NCBI GenBank assembly: GCA_036172245.1
Contig: JAYWIR010000003.1
Location: 2,914,001-2,978,000 of the forward strand
Direction of reading: 5' to 3'
DNA length: 64,000 nt
Origin: Raillietiella orientalis
Lineage: Eukaryota
In this document: piece after piece, positions 53,418 through 64,000 of the stretch
Layout: the number at the start of each line of letters is the position of its first letter
Position numbering within the stretch: the first letter of the stretch is position 1
The notes under the pieces: model-generated
Databases searched by the model: none
What the model was told of the DNA's origin: nothing
The model's input: only the letters and a program-made list of their open reading frames with translations
Position numbers and translations under genes: made by a program

Positions 53418-55000
53418 ACCCGCGTCGGTGGTTGTGTGGCTGCGGTTTCCCGCGTGGCACCACCAGGCGTTGCGGGTTCGAATCCCCGCGTTGAGCATCG
53501 ACTCCGAGAAATGGGGGATGCAAAGATAATGACGGTTGGCCTATTCAGGTGTGACACTGGTTGACACCCGGTCATGCCGGGGCGTTTTTTTATAAAATAA
53601 ACATCCATGTCTGTGGCAGGGCGTTTGATTCTGCCACGTTACTTGTAACTACGAGAAGGAACCTGCTGGGAACTGTCATGCAGGCCAGCGAAGTTCGCCT
53701 GGGCAGCACAGGAGAAGGGGAGACAAACAAAAAGAAAAAAATAAAACGAAAAACATACAGTGAAAAAAATGGGAAGGGATCACCGTGTGCTGGAGGGTGT
53801 CCTCTGCATCCTTGTAGGAATGCCGGCAACTTCCTGTTGCAAGACTCCCAGATGGAGTCATCCTGACGCCGTCCTCGTGAAGAGGACAGCAAAATAGATG
53901 CCATCCCTGTCGTCCTGGCCTCCTCTGATGTTGCTCCGTGCAGCCACGCTCCCGTCACACGGGCAGCACAGTGCTGCAAAGGCTGGCTGCAGGGCGTCCC
54001 GCACAAAGAGGAGCCGCATCACGTGTCTGCATTGCCGCCGGGGGTTCCAAGGGTCTCCGTGAAGCGTCCCCAAAGGGGCCGAAGGGCAACACTGTCCACT
54101 AGCAGGTGCACAAGGGATTCCCGCTCCCCGCACCTCGCATAGTTCGGGTCCACCCATCCACCCACCCGTGTCCAATGAAACCGGCGGGCGTTGCACGGGA
54201 CGTCCCAATGCAGTATCATCAACGTACACTCCTGCTACTTTGAAGGGAGGGTGCGGGGTGTTCAGGAACACCGGGGGCCACTGCAGGTCTTCCTCCAGAA
54301 TACCCAGTGGCACGCCCCAGCTCAAAAGTAGCGCGAGGTCGAGCATTCAAAGCAGCAGCGCCGGTGAGCTGGTCCGTCGTCCGCTCGTCCAGTTCTTTCC
54401 TCTTTCCGGAGGTTTCCACGGTAACCTCCCGTCTGGCCGTAAGGCTGCTGCCCGTGTGCTCCCTAAGGGAGGGCAGCGCAGCGGCGAGGGACGTTCTGCT
54501 TGCCCGTGCACTCTTCACGGGATCTTCCAGGATCTCCCGAAGCGGGCAGTTGTGGTTGCGCGCGTACAGGAAACGCACGTCGCACCTGTTCCGCGCCCAC
54601 GTGCGCACGGTTTCCTGCAACCAGGCACCACCGTTCGCGAGATCCATCCGGTTTCATTCTTTCGAGTGGCCACCTGCCGAAGGTGCAGTCCGCAGTGGAT
54701 GAGGCTGCGTGGACGACGCGCCAGGAAGGACGCGAGTCCCACGCTGCCGGTGGTTCGCTGGACGAGAAGGCGTGCAGGTTGGCACCAGGTGGTGCTCCAG
54801 AGCTTTGCCACGAGCGCCAAAGTTCGAAACTGGAGCTGCAGCTCCGTTTGCTCCAGCGTCAGAAGGCCTAGACACTGGTGGAAGCCGAAAACCCCCGATG
54901 CTTTCGTTGACTGTCCAGGATTTGGAAGTTGACTCTCCCCAGGGTCCTTCCAGGACATCAACAGGTTCTTCGGGGTTGCTTTCCAGTTGAGAGAATGGGG
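53418..55000 (+). mobile_element. tRNA-headed SINE-like repeat, copy E, interrupted by a LINE
   Basis: A-box-like TGGTTGTGTGG and B box GGGTTCGAATCCC. Body resumes at 54871-55000, matching copies A, C and D. Confidence 0.8.
53562..54870 (-). mobile_element. 5'-truncated Tx1/L1-like LINE inserted antisense in SINE copy E, 9-bp TSD
   Basis: ILHWDVPCNARRFHW..DPNYARCGERESLVHLLVDS..LWGRF (zf-RVT). Direct repeat GACACTGGT at 53553-53561 and 54871-54879. Confidence 0.88.
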
Positions 55001-55314
55001 CTGATTTGTCACCCGTATTTGCCGGGGCATTTATTGTAAAAGTTCATAATAAAGTCGTTATTTTTTACAATATGGTGGGCACGCGCCAATGAAATAAAAG
55101 CGTCCAAATTGTTGAACAGTAACGTGAATTTTTATAACCAAATGGACAAATTTAACAACATTGCAGAAGGAAAAATAATGATAGGGTATACGGTAAATGA
55201 CGATGACGGTACGATATAAAATTCTATTCAAGCTTGTTCCTCAGGATTGCTTTGTCCCGTATTCTTCTCGGGAGAAGAACAACATGAACAGGAAGGCAGA
55301 CACTTTCTGACCAC

Positions 55315-56052
55315 TCAATAGCTAAATTGAATGAGTAGTCGATCACTTTGTCCAATCATCATTAAGGGTAATTTGTGACTGCCCGTGGCACTGACACAGA
55401 ACATCCAAGTGACCCTTTCCTTTCTATTCTTCCTCCCAGGGGCTGTTACTTCATTTCGATGGACATTCGCTTTATCTGGTAATCCTTTGTACACCAGTCC
55501 TGTTTCGCCACGATTATAGACTTCCTCCATTAGATGCTGCTTTTCATCGGCTATCTCTTTGAGTTTTTCCAAGAAAACTGGAGCCTTTGAGGCGCCGCAC
55601 GGATGCGGTCCACAAGCGGACACCATGTCTTCTTCTTGAAGTCGCTCAGCCACCCGCCACTTGCCAAAAATTCCCCATCACAGCATCCCAACCGAACCGA
55701 GATTTCGTTGGCCTCTAATTTTAAGATTTCGTCTGTGATGGCGTTTTCGTTTCTTTTCTTTTCTTTTTTTTCAAGTCTCCCTGTTGCGAAAAACCACGAA
55801 TGTGAAGCGCGTCCCAATTTCGGGAAAGTCCGAGATCGCCATCCCGTTTTTAGGCGTTTCGGAACATCGCGGCGTGAGGCGACCAGCAGGCCTCCAAGTT
55901 CTCTTCGTCTTTCAGGATCTTCGAAATTGCTCATCAACATCTGGACTTTCTCCAGTAGTTGATGAATTCCCCTAATTTTTTCCCATCTTTATCGCGGTTG
56001 AACAAAAAAGTTCCCTTCATTAACCGACAGAACACTTGAAACGTTGACCATA
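55315..56052 (-). mobile_element. Tigger/pogo (jerky-like) transposase remnant
   Basis: CENP-B-type HTH (WFF..ITDEILKLEA..LG..FLASGGWLSDFKKK) then DDE_1 start VYNRGETGLVYKGLP..APGRK..KERVT.MFC.SATGSHKLPLMMIG. Frameshifted, first catalytic D lost, C-terminus missing. Confidence 0.9.
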
Positions 56053-56059
56053 TCAAGGG

Positions 56060-57300
56060 CTGCTTGCGTCAAAAGTTTCTTTTATCGAAGGTGACTACAT
56101 CCAACGTGCACGTAACAACGTCAACAAACGCCCCCAGGGAATCTGGGTGATAAACCAAGCCGTCCCGGAAGCCAACGCAAGGCTCGTTTCCGGAACCCAG
56201 TGCTCTAGAACGGGGATCGAGTCCATCCTGCTCGGTGTGTGGGAAAGAGGGTTGCAGCATTCAAAGAAGCGTCGCCCGAAGAAGGGAGACCAAGCACGAA
56301 AAACTTTTTTTTTTTTTTGCCCTCCTGACGGAAGAGTCCCGGTTTCGATAGGAGCACACCAGTGGTAGCATTCCCTGGGAACCCCAGGATGCAGCGATGC
56401 ACGACAAGGTGCTCGGCGAATTCGGGGAGCCCCCTGCGCAAAGGCAGAAAGGAGAGGTGCGCCACGGTCCACCACGGCCAGGACGCACTTCGGGATCACT
56501 GGCCCGGGATGAAGACAACAGCCAGAAAGCTGCTTTCTCCTGGACGACCGACGCGGGGAAAGTCCACCGGGCCATACGTCACGCGTTCCGAGTTTCGGAA
56601 AGTCCCCCGCGTATGGAGCAGCAGCAGGCGCACTTGGCGCAAGCCCTCACCAGGCACCAGCGGGGCACCTCCATCCGCCTGGAACACGCGAGCACTCGAG
56701 CTGGCGCGGAGTGCTGCGAAAAAAAAAAAAAAAAAAAAAAAAAAGACGGGACGTCGAACGGTGCGTGACCACAACGGATCGGCTCGCTCACGGGATCGGT
56801 TCCCCACACTGCTGGCAAAGGAAACACCCTGCAGCTGGACAGTGGGAATGAGAGAGCCGAGCGGCGCCGCAGCCTTCTTGGCGGCGACAGCAAGGCGCGG
56901 CGGCGACCTACTCATGACGCCTTCCGTGGGGGGGGGGAAAGTATTGCGTTTCATGAAAGGGAGGAAGCGCAGGGTTGCCCGTCCGATGGGTCGAATGGCC
57001 GCGCGCCCGTCAGCTGCAGGACGAACGCTCTTTTCCGACGATTGACCCTGACGACCAGAACAAGACTTGGAGGGAGTTTCCGTCACGCTGGGAACCGCGC
57101 GGCTGCCTGCGGACGGACGGCCCGGTCGGGTTCACCGCCCATCTTCGCTCGCAGTCGGCCAGCGTGCCTCCGCCGTTCCGGGGACCGGGGCGGTCCAAAG
57201 AGAGAAGAAGGTGGTGGTGCGTGTGGTGTTCTTGCAGGGCCCCTTTCTCTCGCGAGTCGCTCTAGACACGCGAGGTCACATGCGTTTTCGTCATAGGCGA
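56060..57300 (+). mobile_element. Decayed LINE RT fragment
   Basis: PTQGSFPEP (cf. RQGCPLSP), KVLGEFGEP (cf. VL.EFG..SG) and FSWTTDAGKVHRAI. Confidence 0.5.
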
Positions 57301-57399
57301 GGTGCTGCAGCTGGGCGGATGCCGAGAAGCCTGACGACCGTTTGTGTTTGCTGGTTTCTTTCTTTCCATCCAATAGGAAGCTCCGCAACTTAGGGAATT

Positions 57400-59400
57400 T
57401 CGCGTTTTTTTTTTTCTTTCCTAACATCTGTGCTCGTTGGATGAAACTCCGCCGATTCGGAAGCTGCCTCGGGGAAAGTATTCTTTCGCTGGATATAAGA
57501 GCCCCGGCCACCCTTCGTGGGCTGACAACGACGTCCGCCAGCTGCCCCCTTCGGGATATCTCTGAAAGGAGACACCTTCCTTCGCCAGAGAGGTTCCCTG
57601 GTGCTCTCGAATTGAAGATCGGGCCATGTTTGCACTGTCCAAGGTTCCCCGGGAAGCAGGGAGCCGCTTTTGCCTTCCGTGCGCCACCGAACCGACCGTT
57701 GCCCAACAGCACTCGGCAGTTGTCCCTGTAAGAGAGGACGCTGTTACTCCAGGCGCATCTTCACTCCTCCGGGTTCCCAGCCCACGACTAAACCTTCACG
57801 GGGTGTTCCGGGTGGATGCTTCGAGGCAACCCACAACACCTCGTACGATGCCGAGGGAAAGAAAGATCCAAAGCTGGATTCCGGGGAACACCGCGCGTCG
57901 GATCCTTCGGTTCCCCGTCTTCCCGCGCGCCTCGTTCTTCAGGGCACCTGAGCAGAGCTCGGGTAACGTGAGATTTCCGTTTCTGATTTCACACGGGCCT
58001 TCAGCTGCTTCCAGAATCGTGCGACCCAGCGTGCCCTTTCCCTGTTTACACAAGCAGGAGGAACAACAATGTGGGAAAGGGAGCAGAAACTGACGGATGG
58101 CAACGACAGCAAGGAATGTACGACGGAGTTTTCGACAGATATCCTTTTTCCTTTTTCTTCGCTTGAACCGTACGGAAAGTGGGAGGCCTTTTTTCCGCAT
58201 CCGCAGGTGGAAGCGATGGGAGACCCCTGACCGGTGATTTCTCGATTTGGGGATTCGTCGCAAAGCTGTTTCGCCGGCTGTCGTCGAAACTTCTGGAAGG
58301 GACCCGAGCTAAACGTCGAGACGTGACGGTCTGCTCACGGGACGTCCTGTGTGGGCTGTGTGGGCATGGGAGGTGCTTAGGGGCCGATGACAAAACCCCA
58401 ACCGGATCGGCACAGGTAACGCTGCCGCTCTTTCGCTGCGGTGTCTTTTCCACACAGAGCGAGGTCAGCTGCTACAGGAGAGACCGGCATGACCTAATCA
58501 GATTCCACGGAAGTTTTATCAGCAGCTTTCGAAAGTGCTGAAGCGAGCGACAGTGTCGTTTGCGACATGAGCGCCTTTCGCCGGAATGGTCGTTTGGAGT
58601 CGGCAGCCTTCAACACCTCTTGCAAGTGCCAGTCTGTATGCGGGGGGGGGGGGGAGAAGGGAAAGGAGATGCGGGGGAGCATTCGTTCGTGAGGATGTCA
58701 GCTGCCTTGTACTCGTTCTTGCAACCGATCATGATAAAGATCCTGTAGATGATGACACATCGCCTGAAGTGTGTGTTTGTTTTCATCACAGCCACAGCGA
58801 GCCGTCGTTGCTTTCCTTTCTTCCCGGTTAACGGATTCAGAAGCAGACGTCTTTACGACACTTCTTTGTTCCCTTGAGCTGATGATAATCGTCCTGCTGG
58901 AGACGATGTCCAGAGTCCACAAAAAAAAGGTCACGCGGGCGCGCTAGCCGCCTTAAGCCAAATCGAAGGTTTGGTGACCCGTACTTTCGCGATAGCAGGG
59001 GCATGGGAAATCCCCGGGGAGCTCCCGCTTTGTACCCGTTCTACGGCAAAGAACGGGCGCGCCTTTGTCATACGAGAGCCGATCGGCAGGCGGAAACGAG
59101 TCGAAAGAGGGTGCAATCGAGCTGCTGCTGCTGAGCAGTCAAGAGCTTGCATAATGGAACCAAAACGACCGCAAGGAAAAAAAACATTACTGGTGCCGCA
59201 ACCCCTTACAGCCATTTTGCGAATCACAGGAAGTGGATTGAACGCTCCGACTGCGAGGGGATTTTTGGAGAATAAGGAAACGCGAGACAAAGGTATCCCG
59301 CAGAGTGGCTCGCCGAGTTCTCCGGACCGGGGCGCGCCAGCAGCTTGCGGAGGTCGGCAGAGCTTGCCACCACCCAACACTCTCATTGGTATGACGAGCA
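57400..59400 (-). mobile_element. Decayed LINE APE-to-RT fragment
   Basis: AVGAFN (cf. GDFN), LD..RLHP..SR (cf. L.D.WR..HP..SRID) and SRAPG (cf. KSPG). Confidence 0.45.
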
Positions 59401-60699
59401 GAAGAAATTAATGCAGCAAGGACGACGTACTGCTGATGACTTTTCCTGATGTGCTCCGCAGCTAAGCAACAGGAGTTACGAGCGGCAGCAGCAGGCTAGC
59501 AAGCATCACGGATCAGCTGAGGAGCAGCAGCCCTTCTGCATCGCCCTTTCGGCATCTGAATCACGCCGCTCCCAGATGCACACCATGCTTCTTCATTAGC
59601 AGCGAGGCTCGTGCTTGAGAAGGCCGGCGCTGCACTGGCAGAAAATCCGTTCGGAAAAAGTCTTTTTTTTTTTTTTCTTTTCCTGCGCCGATTTCCTCAG
59701 GCAGTGTTGCAGCAGAAAGCAACACCGGGGACGGACCCATCTGCCTTGACGAGAGATCACCCGCAAATGCAGCGCCTGGATTGCCAGCAGCGAGCTATCG
59801 GGTGCATCCAGCGTGATGATGACTTGCAAAACATGACGTCAGGCCTTCACCATTTCGCGAGGCATCGCGTGTGTTACAGTGTCACAGCTGCTCGGCAAAG
59901 TCATGCCAGCACACAAGAACTTATCTTCCTCGTGCGAGTTGCGCGCCCGCTGCTGCTGAGTGTTCAGAAAATGAGATCTTTCAGGTAGGAGGATATTCGG
60001 AAAATATAGGACCGTGAAAATATCCTTAAAAAGGAAAAAAAAAAAAAACTGAAGCTTTCAAGTCCACCCGAGAACTTCAGGCAAGTGCAGGATGAACACC
60101 AGAAGCACGAACATCCATGAACGCCTTTCTCGTACATCGCGGTGCTGGGACGCACCGATTTCGTTGCACAAGTATTCCAGCCTCTTTGGAACCTTAGGAA
60201 GAGTGGGCTTCGGTGCTTGTCCTTTACTGTTCTCCTTCAGTATGAGGTCTCAAACGGGTTGCCACCCTTCTTCCGCAAGCACTCGGGTAACATCCATGCA
60301 GGGAAGGGGTAGCACTCTTCGTGATTCGCTCGTGTAGCAGCATTCAGGTGGCTTCACCAATCTTACAGTCTGCAAATCTGATCGTCTGGAGGGAACATCC
60401 CTCCCCAAGTCACCAGACCTCGTAAAATCTTTAGCTTTTTTTTTTTTTTTTTTTTAGAATAACCGTGACTTTCAATACGAAAGACCCCCAGTGGAATACG
60501 TGGTAACAGTAAGGAAAGCTCGAGTTCAATGAAGCGGCAGTCGTGCTGAAAATCTGCTAAGAGACTACCGGAGCCACACCTAGAGGCGAAAAGTCGCGAG
60601 TAAGCTGTGTAATCATCTATTTACTCTTCTTCCTCTCTGCGATTTTACCTCTTTTGAAACTTTGTTCTTAAGCCTCGTTTTTGAGCTCCCCCCCCCCCC

Positions 60700-61690
60700 C
60701 CTTTCTGCACAAAACATCAAAGGTTTTGTTTTCATGGTGGCCGTTGCGGTTCTTGGAGTGACGTCACGACGGCCCCACACCAAATGCCGCTGTATGTTTC
60801 AGGATAGCAACAGCGAGGAGACGAATCACGAGAGTGAGTGGACAGGCTTGCATCCAGCAGGATCCCTTCTTCTTCTTGCACACGTATTTTTTGCCTCGAA
60901 TTCTTCTGTGGAAGCGAATCGCGTTTGGCAACAGGAAAAACGAACGGGTTTGATGCAAGGTCTTCCTTCCGTGCCGAGGTGGTTGCGCAAGAAAGGAATG
61001 ACCAGGGGAGACACCTTGCCGGGTCCCTTAGCACACAGGGAAAAGGCGAAACCACAGGGGGCTGTTACTCCGGGGAGGAAACGGAATGATACAACCCGCT
61101 TGAGATGCAGGAGATGCTGTGAAACTGCAAATACACTTGAAGAGTGCACCGCGCCAGAAGAGCCGAAGTTTGCGAGGGGTGTGTACGCGTCGAGGAGGTT
61201 CGAAACACACATTAAATTGGACTACTGAAATCCAACAGCTCGTTCCGAAAGTCTCAGAGTTTCCTCCTTCACCTGATGCGTTCCAAACGTGTTGGCGATG
61301 TAGCGATGGCCCGGGGCAGCAGCCTCACGGGATCGAGGGCAACATTTCTTGGTATCGAAAGGCAAAAGGAGGCGGCGGTTTTTCAAGACTGTCCTCCGAA
61401 AGCGCCAAATTTTCACTCCTTCAGGCAGACTTAACCCCGTCCCCGGACGGGGACAGTCGGTGAATCCACCACGCGTTGCTCCTGAAGAAGGACCGGTGGT
61501 GGCTGCTGTGCGAAACCTTCCCGCAGCTTCACGATCTCCTCGCTTCCACTCGATGGTGGGAACCACATTTGCCACATCAGAAACAGACCCTTGTCCCGGA
61601 AATGACCTGAATGAACTCGGGTGGACCGTGTAAAGATTTATTTTGAATAATTCGCAACCGGAATAAATCACTGGGGTTGAAAAAACCCAC
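60700..61690 (+). mobile_element. LINE remnant with knuckle-like motif and diverged hairpin terminus
   Basis: CRRCCETANTLEEC resembles a decayed CCHC knuckle. TGTAAAGATTTATTTTGAATAA..CCGG..CTGGGG resembles the terminus at 50810-50863. Confidence 0.4.
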
Positions 61691-61982
61691 CAAGCAGAAT
61701 CGGTAAAAATATAATAGGTCTTTCTTTTTTTTCTTTTTTTTTTCAAAAAAAAAAAAGAAAAAAAGAAAAAAAAACTTTCGAATGCCCGTCAACATGGGTG
61801 ACATCATGACTACAAAACCGATCATCGTCACCGCAACCGGGAACTGGCATCAAATCAAATCAAACGCAAGAATCAACACCATCTTCCTGTTTATCCAGGG
61901 ATGGCGCATCACAATGACGCTCTCCTCAGCCATGTCAAGTTTTATCGCATCATATCACAGAACTTTACGAATCTGCAAACAC

Positions 61983-62020
61983 GTGTGTGTGTGCATACAC
62001 ACACACACACACACACATAC
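61983..62020. repeat. (GT)n/(CA)n microsatellite
   Basis: gtgtgtgtgtgcatacacacacacacacacacac, partly self-complementary. Confidence 0.9.
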
Positions 62021-62254
62021 TCTACAAAGGCACTGCCCGCTCACGTGGCGGGCGTGGATTCGGAACACGAGGAAAAAGAAATGATATGCAAAGGTGAGAT
62101 CAAGCCATCAAACTCCGGGGCCGAAGACATTACTGATATGTTTGCGCGCGCGCGTGTGTGTATGTGGAAGAAAAAAAAAAAAAAAGAAAAAAAAAAGGGA
62201 GGGGGGAGGGGCATTCAATGCTTAAGGCACCTCTGGAAGATATTCACAGCTCTT

Positions 62255-62281
62255 CGACGACGACGACGACGACGACGACGA
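62255..62281. repeat. (CGA)n trinucleotide repeat just after the MEIOC stop codon
   Basis: cgacgacgacgacgacgacgacgacga. Confidence 0.95.
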
Positions 62282-62290
62282 AGTGGAAGG

Positions 62291-64000
<1,710 letters not shown>

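Noticed and set aside
53418..53495. Functional tRNA gene
   Set aside because: A and B boxes are present but acceptor and anticodon stems do not pair, and it continues into a dispersed repeat.

Overview
Eukaryotic (metazoan, probably arthropod-like) nuclear DNA. Two intact spliced genes lie on the minus strand: a complete COG3 (13 coding exons, about 796 aa, 45385-40243) and the 3' part of MEIOC (runs off the window end). Most of their introns are only 41-56 nt. Most other sequence is decayed transposable elements: many fragments of L1/Tx1-type (APE+RT+zinc finger) LINEs, a Utopia/NeSL-like RLE element, a Tigger/pogo transposase remnant and five copies of a long tRNA-headed SINE-like repeat. 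There is also a mitochondrial 16S rRNA NUMT and an intronless MRPS30 pseudogene. The most striking pattern is that a Tx1-like LINE with a conserved AATAAA-like signal plus GC hairpin at its 3' end sits at the same position in two SINE copies (perfect 9-bp TSD GACACTGGT in one), while three other copies show the empty site. This suggests a target-specific LINE parasitising a SINE. Family assignments come from recalled protein motifs, not database searches, and TE boundaries are approximate.
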